Positions 10,039 to 21,390 of a stretch of DNA of 64,000 nucleotides are shown in pieces. Location of the stretch: assembly GCA_050309605.1 (NCBI GenBank), contig JBNRMN010000067.1:32001-96000 (forward strand), in the 5' to 3' direction. The notes under the pieces are model-generated. The model was not told where the DNA came from and did no database searches. It saw nothing but the letters and a program-made list of their open reading frames with translations. Source of the stretch: Anaerohalosphaeraceae bacterium. Its GTDB lineage: Bacteria > Planctomycetota > Phycisphaerae > Sedimentisphaerales > Anaerohalosphaeraceae. Every line of letters starts with the position of its first letter. The first letter of the stretch is position 1. The position numbers and the translations under genes were made by a program.

Positions 10039-10542
10039 ATGCTGTGTCAGGCATGTAAAGAACGAACGGCCACGATTCATTTGACCGAAATCAGCAACGG
10101 CCAGCGAGCCGAGACGCATTTGTGTCAGCAATGCGCCCAGCAGCAGGGATTGGCGGTCAAGGCGCAGATTCCGCTCAATGAGCTGCTCAGTACCCTGCTG
10201 AGCGTCCAGCCGGAGACCGCCGAGCCGAGCGGCAAGACAGAACCGAAGATTCCGGCAAAAACTTGTCCCGAATGTGGGATGTCGCTCAAGCGGTTCGCCA
10301 AAGAAAGCCTGCTGGGCTGCCCTTATGATTATAAGGTCTTCGAAAAAGAGCTGTTGGGGCTGATCGAGCGCAGCCATAACGGCAAAAGCCGGCATTGCGG
10401 CAAGATTCCGAACCGCATCCCGGCCGAACAGAAAAAAGACATCGTCTTGCGGCAGTTGCGGCGACAACTGGACGAAGCGGTCAAGAACGAAGATTATGAA
10501 CGGGCCGCCCGGTTGCGGGATGAAATCAAGATAAACGAATGA
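10039..10542 (+). CDS. mcsA: McsA, activator of protein arginine kinase (CxxC motifs plus UVR domain)
   Basis: MLCQAC, HLCQQCA, CPECG, LLGCP, H-x-GK-x-P, C-terminal EDYERAARLRDEI; lies before mcsB. Confidence 0.92.
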   Translation: MLCQACKERTATIHLTEISNGQRAETHLCQQCAQQQGLAVKAQIPLNELLSTLLSVQPETAEPSGKTEPKIPAKTCPECGMSLKRFAKESLLGCPYDYKVFEKELLGLIERSHNGKSRHCGKIPNRIPAEQKKDIVLRQLRRQLDEAVKNEDYERAARLRDEIKINE

Positions 10543-10576
10543 ATAGCCTTTTCTTTTTCGGGTGCAGAACCAGACT

Positions 10577-11635
10577 ATGAAACCGGCGGATTTGTGCAAG
10601 ACCTCCAGCGCCTGGTTCGGCCAGGGGCGGGGATTGTTTTCCGATGTGGTCATCTCATCGCGCATTCGGCTTGCGCGCAATGCCGCTGGGTTTACGTTTT
10701 TGCCGTGCCTGTCGCCCGAACAGCAGCAGGCCGTGCTTGAGATGTTCAAGGCCGCGCTGCTGGGTCTGGATGTGGACGGCGAAACCTTCTTTATGGATGT
10801 GGATCAGGCCTCGCCGGTGGAGCGTGAACTGCTGACCGAACGCCATCTGATTAGTCGGCGCCTGGCCCAGGGCGGCGGGCCGCGCGGCGTTGTCATTGCC
10901 GGCGGCGAGGCGTTTGCGGCGATGATTAACGAAGAAGACCACCTGCGGATGCAGGTGTTGGCTGCCGGGCTGGATCTGTATTCCTGCTGGGAGCGCATCG
11001 ACCGCATTGACGACCGGGTTGAACAGCAGGTTGAATATGCCTTTGATCGGCGGTACGGCTATCTGACGGCTTGTCCGACCAATCTGGGCACGGGTATTCG
11101 CGTTTCGGTGATGCTGCATCTGCCGGCCCTGAAAATGACCGGTCAAATCGACAAGGTCCTGGCTGCGGCGCGCGACAGCGACCTGGCGGTGCGCGGCCTG
11201 TTCGGCGAAGGCACTGACGCGGTCGGCGATTTGTTCCAACTGTCCAATCAGGTCACGCTCGGCGTCAGCGAAGCCCAGGTGGTGGAGGATTTCGTCAGCC
11301 GCATCGTGCCCAAAATCGCCGCCTACGAACAGGAGGCCCGCAAAACGCTGCTGGCCAAACGTCCCCAGTCGCTGGATGACAAGATTCAGCGGGCGCTGGG
11401 CGTCTTGCAAAACGCCTGTCTGATCAGTTCGCAGGAGGCGCTCTTTTTGCTGAGCAACGTCCGGCTCGGCGTCAATCTCGGACGCATCGAAAAGGTGGAC
11501 ATCGCCACGGTCAATGACCTGTTTATGCTCACGCAGCCGGCCCATTTACAGCTTCGCGCCGGCCGCATGCTCGACGCCGAACAACGCGACAGCCTTCGCG
11601 CGCAAATACTCCGCAGCCGTCTGTGTACCAACTGA
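10577..11635 (+). CDS. mcsB: Protein arginine kinase McsB
   Basis: VISSRIRLARN, NEEDHLR, GYLTACPTNLGTG, SNQVTLG motifs. Confidence 0.95.
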   Translation: MKPADLCKTSSAWFGQGRGLFSDVVISSRIRLARNAAGFTFLPCLSPEQQQAVLEMFKAALLGLDVDGETFFMDVDQASPVERELLTERHLISRRLAQGGGPRGVVIAGGEAFAAMINEEDHLRMQVLAAGLDLYSCWERIDRIDDRVEQQVEYAFDRRYGYLTACPTNLGTGIRVSVMLHLPALKMTGQIDKVLAAARDSDLAVRGLFGEGTDAVGDLFQLSNQVTLGVSEAQVVEDFVSRIVPKIAAYEQEARKTLLAKRPQSLDDKIQRALGVLQNACLISSQEALFLLSNVRLGVNLGRIEKVDIATVNDLFMLTQPAHLQLRAGRMLDAEQRDSLRAQILRSRLCTN

Positions 11636-11639
11636 GCCT

Positions 11640-12674
11640 ATGCAGAAAACGTCCGATTCTCGTACGCCCAAAGCGGTGGACTGGACGCAGCTTGCCGACA
11701 AGGAGCTGTTGTCGATGCGCGTGCGCGACCTGCACATCAGCATTACCGGCTCAGTACTGGAAGGACGAATCGAGCGGCTGTATGCGGAACTGGCCGAGCG
11801 GGGCATTCGCTTTCGTCCGCCGTGCTATCTGGCCGATGAGTGGCTCTGTCCGGACAAAATGCCGATGATCGGCATTCCGTTTTGCCTGGCCCATCCGCGG
11901 CTGATTGAACTGGAACAGAAGATGATGCTGGAAGTCGAAGGCAGCGACGAAGAAATCTGTATGAAGCTGCTGCGGCACGAATGCGGCCACGCGATCAACT
12001 ATGCCTATGAACTGTTCAAACGTACCCGCTGGCGGGAATTGTTTGGGCCGTTCAGTGCGCCGTACGGCAATACATACAGTTTTCAGCCCTATTCGCGACG
12101 TTATGTGATTCATCTGTCCGACCATTACGCCCAGTCGCATCCCGATGAGGATTTTGCCGAGACGTTTGCGGTCTGGCTGAATCCGCACAATAACTGGCGG
12201 GACAAATACCGCGACTGGCCGGTGCTGAAAAAACTGCTGTATGTCGATTCATTGATGTGCAAAATCACCGCCGTCGAGCCGGTCGTCAGGCCCGACCTCA
12301 ATCCACCCTGGTCGGCCGGCCGAATGACCTCGACGCTGCAGGCCTATTACGAGCGCAAACGCAAGGCGCTGGGGGCGGATTTTTACGGCTATTATGACAA
12401 TTGCCTTCGTCGGCTGTTCAAGTCCGAAAAGCACAGCCCATCCGATATGCCGGCCGCTCAGTTGCTGCGCAGCCATCGGCGTCTGCTGGTCAGCCAGGCG
12501 GCCCAATGGACCGAACATCGCAAGTATGACATCAATCAGCTTCTGGGGCGCCTGATTGACCGCTGCGAACAGCTCGGCCTTTATGGACGACAGACCGATC
12601 TGGTCGGCCTGACGGCGCTGATTACCGCCATCGCCGGAAAAACCTTCCGCCCCGACAGGAGAAAGAAAAGATAA
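11640..12674 (+). CDS. Putative zinc-binding metallopeptidase (zincin, Peptidase_Mx-like)
   Basis: LRHECGHA (HExxH) and YAQSHPDEDFAETF motifs. Confidence 0.85.
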   Translation: MQKTSDSRTPKAVDWTQLADKELLSMRVRDLHISITGSVLEGRIERLYAELAERGIRFRPPCYLADEWLCPDKMPMIGIPFCLAHPRLIELEQKMMLEVEGSDEEICMKLLRHECGHAINYAYELFKRTRWRELFGPFSAPYGNTYSFQPYSRRYVIHLSDHYAQSHPDEDFAETFAVWLNPHNNWRDKYRDWPVLKKLLYVDSLMCKITAVEPVVRPDLNPPWSAGRMTSTLQAYYERKRKALGADFYGYYDNCLRRLFKSEKHSPSDMPAAQLLRSHRRLLVSQAAQWTEHRKYDINQLLGRLIDRCEQLGLYGRQTDLVGLTALITAIAGKTFRPDRRKKR

Positions 12675-12676
12675 AG

Positions 12677-13696
12677 ATGAGGACGCATGCGTTGCATATT
12701 ACCGTGTTGGTGGACGGCGCCGAAATTTTTCCCGACGACCCCCAGTATGAAGGCGAACCGACTGAACCGACCACCGAGTACCATGTCGTTCAGTCGTTGC
12801 GGCATATCGGCCATACCGTGACCGTGCTGGGCGTCGATATGAACATTCCCGAAATTGTCCGGACGCTGGCTGACGACCCGCCGGATTTGGTGTTCAATCT
12901 GACCGAGCAGTACGCCGGCGATCGTGCGTTTGACAAAAACATCGCCGCGTGTCTGGAACTGCTGGAAATTCCGTTTACCGGCGCCGGAGCAATGGGACTG
13001 CTGCTCTGTCGCGACAAGCGGCTGTGCAAGCAGTTGCTCGGGCTTCACAAAATCCGCGTGCCGGCGTTTTTGTCGTTTCCGGTCGGTCGCCGCGTGCGGG
13101 TCTCCGGCAAGCTGCATTTTCCGATGGTTGTCAAACCCGCCCTGGAAGACGGCTCCGAGGGCATCTCCAATGCCTCGATTGTCTCGACCGCCGCGGCCCT
13201 GCGCGAGCGGGTGGAATTTGTTCATGCGCGATGGAATCAGCCGGCCATTGCCGAAGAATACATCCCCGGTCGAGAGTTGTACGTCGGCGTACTCGGCAAC
13301 CGTCGGCTCAGGGTCTTGCCGGTGCGCGAATGTCTGTTTGAAGACACGGACGGCCAGGGGCCGACGATGTTGACCTATCGGGCCAAATGGAATGACGACT
13401 ATCGCGAGAAGTGGAAGATCAATTTCGGGTTTGCCGACCTGGAGCCGGCACTTCAGGCCCGGATCGATAAAATCTGCAAAAAGGTCTATCGTGTGCTGCA
13501 TCTTCAGGATTACGGCCGCATTGATCTGCGTCTGCGTCCCGACGGCCGCGTCGTCGTGCTTGAGGCCAATCCCAACCCCGACATCGCCTACGGTGAAGAA
13601 GTCGCTGAGGCCGCCGAAAAAGTCGGTATGGACTATGAGTCGCTCTTGCAGCATATTGTTCGGCTGACGCTGCGCCGATTTTACAAAACCGGCTGA
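12677..13696 (+). CDS. D-alanine-D-alanine ligase-like ATP-grasp protein
   Basis: DLVFNL, IPFTG, DK-x3-K, VVKP-x2-EDGSEGI, EEYIPGRE, YGRIDLR, LEANPNP. Confidence 0.9.
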   Translation: MRTHALHITVLVDGAEIFPDDPQYEGEPTEPTTEYHVVQSLRHIGHTVTVLGVDMNIPEIVRTLADDPPDLVFNLTEQYAGDRAFDKNIAACLELLEIPFTGAGAMGLLLCRDKRLCKQLLGLHKIRVPAFLSFPVGRRVRVSGKLHFPMVVKPALEDGSEGISNASIVSTAAALRERVEFVHARWNQPAIAEEYIPGRELYVGVLGNRRLRVLPVRECLFEDTDGQGPTMLTYRAKWNDDYREKWKINFGFADLEPALQARIDKICKKVYRVLHLQDYGRIDLRLRPDGRVVVLEANPNPDIAYGEEVAEAAEKVGMDYESLLQHIVRLTLRRFYKTG

Positions 13697-13704
13697 TCGA
13701 GGAT

Positions 13705-14427
13705 TCATTCGGGTTTTCGTGCGGTCGTGAGGGTCACGATGCCGCCGGTCAAGGGCGTGGAGCGAATCTCGACAAAGCCCGCAGCGGCCAGTTCCTCTTC
13801 AAGACGCACGTGGGTGTGCCAGTGATGGATGGACCGGGCCAGATAGCGCAGCGGCTCGGCTTGCCCGACAATCACACGTCCCAGCAACGGCATCACCTGC
13901 GACACATACACCCAATACATGTTGCGCAGCAGGGGACGCGCCGGCAGTGAAAACTCGCAGATTCCCACCCGCCCGCCGGGTCTGAGCACCCGAATCATCT
14001 GGGCAAAGACCGCCGCCCGGTCGGGGATGTTCCGCAGGCCGAATGCGCACGTGGCCGCATCAAACGATGTAGCCTCACACCTCAGCACTGCCGCGTCGTC
14101 CACCCGCAGACGAAGCTCTTTGTCCTTCATCCATCGGCGCGGCGTCTTCAGCATCCGCTTTTCCTGGGCCAACTGGATCATCCGTTCGCTGCAATCAATC
14201 CCGACAACCTGACGCACCGGACTGTATTGAAGAAGTGCCAACGCCATATCCCCCGTCCCGCAGCACACATCCAGCGCTGCATCCCCGTCCCCGGTCTCAA
14301 CCGCCTGCGCCAGCCGCCTGCGCCACGACCGGTCAATCCCCAGACTGAACCACCGGTTGCACCGGTCATACCGTTCGGCGATCTTCGAAAACATCGCCTC
14401 GGTCGGCTGTGTCTTATGTTCACTCAA
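13705..14427 (-). CDS. menG: UbiE/MenG family (demethyl)menaquinone methyltransferase
   Basis: MFSKIAERYD-x2-N, LDVCCGTGD, FGLRN, RVLRPGG, YLARSI; near menA; start uncertain (TTG 14427 or ATG 14394). Confidence 0.85.
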   Translation of the reverse strand: MSEHKTQPTEAMFSKIAERYDRCNRWFSLGIDRSWRRRLAQAVETGDGDAALDVCCGTGDMALALLQYSPVRQVVGIDCSERMIQLAQEKRMLKTPRRWMKDKELRLRVDDAAVLRCEATSFDAATCAFGLRNIPDRAAVFAQMIRVLRPGGRVGICEFSLPARPLLRNMYWVYVSQVMPLLGRVIVGQAEPLRYLARSIHHWHTHVRLEEELAAAGFVEIRSTPLTGGIVTLTTARKPE

Positions 14428-14433
14428 GGCAGC

Positions 14434-14482
14434 CTTTTTCCCTTTTCCCTTTGCCCTTTTCCCTTTGCCTTTTACCTTTTTA
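14434..14482. repeat. Heptamer tandem repeat, about 7 degenerate CCTTTKC-like units
   Basis: ctttttc ccttttc cctttgc ccttttc cctttgc cttttac cttttta. Confidence 0.8.
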
Positions 14483-15100
14483 ATGTATTGGCCACAGGAC
14501 AAAAATCATCACATCCCAGACGATATGCGAGACAATGCACGGCCACAATCGTTCCGTGGCCAAAAACAACAGCCCCCAGAATGCTCCGCCTATCGCCGCG
14601 GCGGCAATCAGCATCACATTAAACGACCACAGATGCACCCCCGCATAAATCGCCGTGCTGAGCACAAATCCGCACAGCAGGCCGTAGTGTCCGCACAGTC
14701 GCCGCTGAACAAAGCCGCGCCAGAAGATTTCCTCAGCCGGTGCAATGATCAGCGCCAGCAGCAGTGCAATCTGCCATAAATTCACCCCCTTGCGGATCGT
14801 ATAAATGGAATTGACCTGTCCGGCGGCAAACGGCAGCACCCGCGTTGAAATCCAGTGCCCTGCCCAAAAGACGACATACAGGACCGCCGCCGAGACCAGG
14901 CCGATAAGCACCGCCTCGCCGTCCGGGCGACCCAGCGAGGCCATCTGTCCCCGGCGATCCAGCACCATCGCCCCGACCGCCAGCAGCCCCGTCGTCAGGC
15001 ACATCATCGGCCAGAACGCAATCACCTCCTTTGTCCACGGACTGAACAGCACGAAAAAACCGCACGCCGCAAACACAACCATTACCCACAGCTTCGTCAT
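14480..15100 (-). CDS. CPBP/CAAX (Abi) family intramembrane glutamic endopeptidase
   Basis: EEIFWRG, Y-x3-H and W-x2-IVSH motifs; multiple transmembrane helices; ATGA overlap with the menA stop. Confidence 0.88.
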   Translation of the reverse strand: MTKLWVMVVFAACGFFVLFSPWTKEVIAFWPMMCLTTGLLAVGAMVLDRRGQMASLGRPDGEAVLIGLVSAAVLYVVFWAGHWISTRVLPFAAGQVNSIYTIRKGVNLWQIALLLALIIAPAEEIFWRGFVQRRLCGHYGLLCGFVLSTAIYAGVHLWSFNVMLIAAAAIGGAFWGLLFLATERLWPCIVSHIVWDVMIFVLWPIH

Positions 15101-16044
15101 ACAACAACTCCCAGCACGACCGACACAATCAGCAGCACGCCGAACAGCAGGTGGACTTGGGCCGATTGGACATCGAGTGCGGCCAGTGTGTGTGCGGTCG
15201 TCGGGTCGCTGCGCAGGGCGGTTCGAATGTTGCGCACTGCCGGCGGCAGCGATAAAAACGTCAACAGCGACCAAACCGGCAATAAATCCATCGCGATTAA
15301 AATTACAACCAGAATATAGGCCGAGATCACCAGCGCCGCATACTCCCATCGCGCAGCACGATGTCCCAGCAGACCGGCGGTGGTCCGGATCGCCGCGACC
15401 GAGTCATCGGCGATATCACGCAGGTTGTTGCCGCTCAAAATGGCCGCGACCAGACAGCCTACCGGCAGGGCAATCACCATCGCCTGCCACGACCAAACGG
15501 CCGTCAGCACCAAAAACGCCCCAACCGTCATCAGCGGCCCCATCAGCCAAAAGACGCACAGATCGCCCAATCCGATATATTTATAGGCCACCGGCAGGGC
15601 GGTATAGAAAAACCCGCCCGCCATGCCGACCAGTCCAAGGATCAGAATCGGCCAGCCGTGAATCGCGACAAAAACCAGCCCCACCGCCGCGGTAAGGGCA
15701 AACGCCGCCAGCCCGGCCAGCAGCACCGCACCCGGTCGCAGCAACCCGTCCACCAGCACCCGACTGGAGCCGTAAGTTTCGGGTCGATCCACCCCTTTGC
15801 GAAAGTCAAAATAGTCGCTGACCAGATTCGTTCCCGTGTGAATCAGCAGCGAGGCCAGCACCACCAGCGGGAACAATTCCCATCGCACCGCCGGCTCGAA
15901 TCGCAGCGCCAGCGCCGCGCCCAGAAACACCGGCACCATCGAGGCCGTAAACGCAAACGGTCGAACCGCCTGAACCCATATACGAAGTGATGATTGAGTT
16001 TCGATTGCAAAATGACAGGTCTTCATTGAGTATGATTTCCTCAT
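15097..16044 (-). CDS. menA: 1,4-dihydroxy-2-naphthoate polyprenyltransferase (UbiA family)
   Basis: W-x2-AVRP, N-x-VSDYFDF-x-KGVD, KY-x-GLGD, NNLRDI-x2-D. Confidence 0.88.
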   Translation of the reverse strand: MRKSYSMKTCHFAIETQSSLRIWVQAVRPFAFTASMVPVFLGAALALRFEPAVRWELFPLVVLASLLIHTGTNLVSDYFDFRKGVDRPETYGSSRVLVDGLLRPGAVLLAGLAAFALTAAVGLVFVAIHGWPILILGLVGMAGGFFYTALPVAYKYIGLGDLCVFWLMGPLMTVGAFLVLTAVWSWQAMVIALPVGCLVAAILSGNNLRDIADDSVAAIRTTAGLLGHRAARWEYAALVISAYILVVILIAMDLLPVWSLLTFLSLPPAVRNIRTALRSDPTTAHTLAALDVQSAQVHLLFGVLLIVSVVLGVVV

Positions 16045-16052
16045 TCTGAATT

Positions 16053-17330
16053 CTACATTTGTTTCATCAGTTCGCGCAGCATCGTGGTGGCATAGCAGCC
16101 GCTGGGCAGTTCAAATTCCAGTTGAAGAAATTCGCCGTGGTGGTCGCTTCCCGCCGAGACCTGTACCTGTTTCGGCTGAAACCGCAGCGGACGGCGTCCG
16201 CCGCGTCCGCCGTAATGTTTGAGCCATCGCAAATCCTCATCGTTCAACTGCAATGAATCGATCAGCGGGTTTTCATAATCGGCCGCCTCGTCGCTCAGCG
16301 CCGCCATTTTGACCCCGACCAGCGGGCCGGTGGGGCTGATTTCAAACCGGTCGCAGCGCGGCTGCTCGACGGCGGCGTCTTCGACTTTAAAACACGCACC
16401 GTTGTCGTGCTTATAGGCCATATCGCCTTTGAATAGTGTATCAATTCGCGGCATCCGCTCGACCAGCACGCGATTGAACAAATCGGACTGCCAGGCCGCA
16501 ACAAACAACCCCAGCAACTGCCGGTCAAACATCTCGAAAGCCCGCTCCACATCGCCGCCTTCGCGAATCAAATCCTTCAGCGCATACCGATGGTCGCGAA
16601 AATTCGGAAGCCACGCCTCATAAGCCGCCTGATAGTCGCCCTGTTCATAGAGCGTTCGTGCGCGGATAAAGGTCTGTTCGGTATCGAGTTCCGGCTTGCC
16701 CAGCAGAATATCAAAGAACAGACGCGCATCGCGCTTGACCGCCGCTTCGCCCAGCAAATGGGTGTCCTGCCGATAGCCGAACCGCTGCGGACCGAAATAG
16801 TTCGGCACCCCGGACCGCACCAGTACATCCAGAACCGCCTGTGCCCGCCAGAGCGCCTCGCCGATGGGCACGTCCATCTGACGGATGCGCAGCGTAAATC
16901 GATTGCCCGCCAGATGGCCGATCTTGAGCTTGTTGCCGTGGCGGCATACCTTGAGCACCTTGATTTTGCGGGATTGAAACTGTGCAATCTGATCCGGATC
17001 AACATGCTCAAACGAAATCCACTGGCGCGTAACCGCACGGGAATCCTTGCGTCCGGCGTAGCCTACCTCATTGCGGCGCACCCCCACCACCCGCGCAATC
17101 TCGGCGATCATATCGGTCGTGGTCATATTGCGTTTCTCAACGAACGCGAATACATGCGTCCCCTCGCCGGAAGGTTCGTACTGGGCAATTTCTTCAACGC
17201 GAAAGTCGTCCGGAATTTTCTTGATGACGCCGCCGATACCAGGAACATCTTCTGTCAAATAGGGAAAATCATGACGAATTAACTCAAGGTCGCCGTCGCG
17301 TCCGTCCGAGATGTGTTTGCGTTTTCTCAT
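16053..17330 (-). CDS. truD: tRNA pseudouridine(13) synthase
   Basis: DFRVEE, YAGRKD-x2-AVTRQ, G-x-L-x-GNRF, PNYFGPQRFG, F-x-LPSGCYAT. Confidence 0.96.
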   Translation of the reverse strand: MRKRKHISDGRDGDLELIRHDFPYLTEDVPGIGGVIKKIPDDFRVEEIAQYEPSGEGTHVFAFVEKRNMTTTDMIAEIARVVGVRRNEVGYAGRKDSRAVTRQWISFEHVDPDQIAQFQSRKIKVLKVCRHGNKLKIGHLAGNRFTLRIRQMDVPIGEALWRAQAVLDVLVRSGVPNYFGPQRFGYRQDTHLLGEAAVKRDARLFFDILLGKPELDTEQTFIRARTLYEQGDYQAAYEAWLPNFRDHRYALKDLIREGGDVERAFEMFDRQLLGLFVAAWQSDLFNRVLVERMPRIDTLFKGDMAYKHDNGACFKVEDAAVEQPRCDRFEISPTGPLVGVKMAALSDEAADYENPLIDSLQLNDEDLRWLKHYGGRGGRRPLRFQPKQVQVSAGSDHHGEFLQLEFELPSGCYATTMLRELMKQM

Positions 17331-17407
17331 CAGAGATAAGAAGGATCAAATCGATTGTCGAATTTCAATGCTCCGATTCTTTGATTTCACAGGAAGTCAC
17401 ATTTTAT

Positions 17408-17788
17408 TTACGGAACAAACGCCGCGGGGTAGTGCGTAATACAGGGCGCCCCATCAGGCGGCAAAATCACCGTCACCACGTCGAACCGCAAAGGTCTGTC
17501 CGACACGTTATACTGCGTCAGAAAGCGCTTTGCGGTTCGAGCGATTTTTCGTTGTTTTTTGGCATTGACCGCCGCCGCGGCCGGAGCAAAATCTTCGCTG
17601 CGGCGGGTTTTGACCTCCACAAAGACGAGCGTTCCGTCTGTTTCGCACACCACCAGGTCCAGTTCGCCGCACGCGGCCGACCAGTTTCGTGCAATCGTCC
17701 GGCAGCCCCGACGTGTCAGTGTCCGCTCGGCCTGGCGCTGACCCCAGCGTCCCAGCCGTTGACGATCCGCCAGCAGCCGACGCCGCAT
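17408..17788 (-). CDS. yraN: YraN (UPF0102) family protein
   Basis: GELDLV, LVFVEVKTR, V-x3-KQRKI, RFDVV. Confidence 0.9.
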   Translation of the reverse strand: MRRRLLADRQRLGRWGQRQAERTLTRRGCRTIARNWSAACGELDLVVCETDGTLVFVEVKTRRSEDFAPAAAAVNAKKQRKIARTAKRFLTQYNVSDRPLRFDVVTVILPPDGAPCITHYPAAFVP

Positions 17789-17856
17789 CCACGGCCACGG
17801 CCGCGACAAACCGAGATTCCGTCCAATCTGCGGCAGCACCATTCGGCTCCAACCGG

Positions 17857-18225
17857 TTATTTGGAGACGGTGTGCTTGCTGTGCCGCTGCGACAGACGCA
17901 CGCCCTTGCCCACGCGGTCGCGCAGGTAGTACAGCTTGGCCCGGCGGGCTTTGCCGCTGCGAATCGGACGAATATCCACGATGTTCGGCGAATGCAGCGG
18001 GAACGTCCGCTCGACACCCTCATCGTCGATCATTCGGCGCACGGTGAACATCTCGTTCATCCCGCGGCCCTTGCGACTGATCACCGTCCCGGTAAAAATC
18101 TGCGTGCGAACCTTTTCGCCTTCCACAATACGGCAATGCACATCGACGGTATCGCCGACCTCAAAATACGGCGTCTCCGGTCGAAGACTTTTCTGTTCGA
18201 CAAGTTCGAGTAATTTCGTTTTCAC
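17857..18225 (-). CDS. rplS: 50S ribosomal protein L19
   Basis: GDTV-x-[27 protein letters not shown]. Confidence 0.98.
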   Translation of the reverse strand: MKTKLLELVEQKSLRPETPYFEVGDTVDVHCRIVEGEKVRTQIFTGTVISRKGRGMNEMFTVRRMIDDEGVERTFPLHSPNIVDIRPIRSGKARRAKLYYLRDRVGKGVRLSQRHSKHTVSK

Positions 18226-18974
18226 GTTTCTATCTCCTGATTCTTCTCTTTTTTGAGTGTTTTGTTAGTCGCCTGCCGACGCGCCAGCCACGCGGCATAC
18301 AAATCCGGGCGGCGCTGCTGCGTTCGTTGCAGGCTTTGTTCCATGCGCCATTGGGCAATTTTGCCGTGGTCGCCGCTGAGCAGTATCTGCGGCACACGCA
18401 TGCCGCGAAATTCGTCCGGCCGTGTGTAATGCGGATACTCCAGCAGCCCGTCGCCAAACGAGTCATTGGCCGCCGAGTCTTCATCGCCCAGTGCCCCGTC
18501 CAGCAAACGCACCACCGCATCAATGACCACCATCGCCGCCAGCTCGCCGCCGCTGAGGACATAATCGCCGATGGAAAGCTCCTCGGCGTCCAGCCCTTCG
18601 CGGATGCGCTCATCAAAGCCTTCATAACGTCCCGCAACCAGGATCAACCGCGGTTCCCGGCTCAACTGAATGGCTCGGGCTTGGGTCAGCGGCGCGCCCT
18701 GCGGTGTCAGCAGGATGAGGCGTCCCGGCTGCGGCATCAACGACCGCACGTGCTCGACACACGCAAACACCGGCGGGCACATCATGACCATACCCGGGCC
18801 GCCGCCATAGGGTTTATCGTCCACCTTGCGATAGGCGTCGGCGGCGAACTCTCTGATATTTGAAAGAACTATCTCAATGATGCCCTGCTGCTGCGCCCGT
18901 TTGAGAATCGAATGACTCAGGGGCGATTCAAACATCTCAGGAAACAGCGTCAGAACATCGATACGCATCGTCAT
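18222..18974 (-). CDS. trmD: tRNA (guanine37-N1)-methyltransferase
   Basis: [43 protein letters not shown]. Confidence 0.98.
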   Translation of the reverse strand: MTMRIDVLTLFPEMFESPLSHSILKRAQQQGIIEIVLSNIREFAADAYRKVDDKPYGGGPGMVMMCPPVFACVEHVRSLMPQPGRLILLTPQGAPLTQARAIQLSREPRLILVAGRYEGFDERIREGLDAEELSIGDYVLSGGELAAMVVIDAVVRLLDGALGDEDSAANDSFGDGLLEYPHYTRPDEFRGMRVPQILLSGDHGKIAQWRMEQSLQRTQQRRPDLYAAWLARRQATNKTLKKEKNQEIET

Positions 18975-18977
18975 TCA

Positions 18978-19370
18978 TCAGGCCGAAGCTGGTTCTTCGT
19001 TTTTACTGGCTTCGGCAGCCTTGGCCGCGGCCTCTTTTTCCGCTTTGGTAAAGGGTTTGCCCAGCTTGCGGGCAATCGCCCGAGCGCGATCACGACGTGC
19101 CTTTTTGGCATCAAGGCTCGGACAGGCAATGCCGCGTTTGACCAGCATTTCGGCGACGGTATCCGTCGGCACTGCGCCGAGCTGCATCCAGTGCCTGACC
19201 CGCTCCAGATTGAGCACGATTTTCTTCTCTTCATCTTTTTCAAGAGGGTCATAGTGACCGAGTTTTTCAAGCACTCGTCCGTCACGCGGCGTGCGCGATT
19301 CAACCGCATTGATGCGGAAGAATGGCCGATGACGCCGTCCCATTCGGGTCATTCTGATTCGTACTGCCAT
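18978..19370 (-). CDS. rpsP: 30S ribosomal protein S16 with C-terminal extension
   Basis: MAVRIRMTRMG-x3-RPFFRI, RDGR-x-LE-x-LG-x-YDP, GA-x-PTDTV. Confidence 0.97.
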   Translation of the reverse strand: MAVRIRMTRMGRRHRPFFRINAVESRTPRDGRVLEKLGHYDPLEKDEEKKIVLNLERVRHWMQLGAVPTDTVAEMLVKRGIACPSLDAKKARRDRARAIARKLGKPFTKAEKEAAAKAAEASKNEEPASA

Positions 19371-19500
19371 GGTGTTTCCTTTCCTGAAAAGGTATATAAT
19401 AAATTTTTGCATCCACACCGGACACAAAACACGTTAACCAGCCAAAATCATCAATCTAAAAGAAAGAGCAAAAACCTCGAATCGCTTTCAGCAATATATT

Positions 19501-19815
19501 TTATTTTTGCTTTTTTGCTTTTACCTTTTCAATGGCAAAGCCATTGATGAAGATCGCCGCCAGTGCCGGATCCACCCCGGCGGTTTTGGCGATATCCGCG
19601 ACCTGCTCATCGGTCAACTGCGCCGCGTTTTGCTTCTCATCAGGTGTCATCGCTTCGGCCAGCCGGCAAAACTGGTCATATTCGTCCCGCGTTGGCGCCG
19701 CCAGCATCGCCAGTTCGCTTTTGCCGTCGATGGATTGAAACTGCGACCGCATTCGGCGACCGTAGGCGTCATCCACAAACCGCTCCAGCGACCTGAGATA
19801 CTCATCCAGTCCCAC
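19501..19815 (-). CDS. Stand-alone SRP54/Ffh M-domain-like protein
   Basis: Ungapped similarity to the M domain of the adjacent Ffh (AMTPDEKQN...IAKTAGVD vs SMTTEERRN...IARGCGRD); GTG start 5 nt after the ffh stop. Confidence 0.7.
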   Translation of the reverse strand: MGLDEYLRSLERFVDDAYGRRMRSQFQSIDGKSELAMLAAPTRDEYDQFCRLAEAMTPDEKQNAAQLTDEQVADIAKTAGVDPALAAIFINGFAIEKVKAKKQK

Positions 19816-19820
19816 GGCGA

Positions 19821-21230
<1,410 letters not shown>

Positions 21231-21390
21231 GCCGATTTTCATCCCAAAAAAGGTGTTTCAGTCTCGCACCGACCAAGAGACCTCCACTGTCAGCGCAGAG
21301 AACAACCGTCAAAACGACGGATTTTACGGATTTTTCTTGTGTTTTGCAAGCCAAAAACCGAAAAATGCCGGATAAACAACAGCCCAGCCG

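Noticed and set aside
14428..14502. Lys/Gly-rich N-terminal extension on MenG
   Set aside because: It comes from reading through the heptamer repeat and overlaps the upstream gene's stop; the true start is probably downstream
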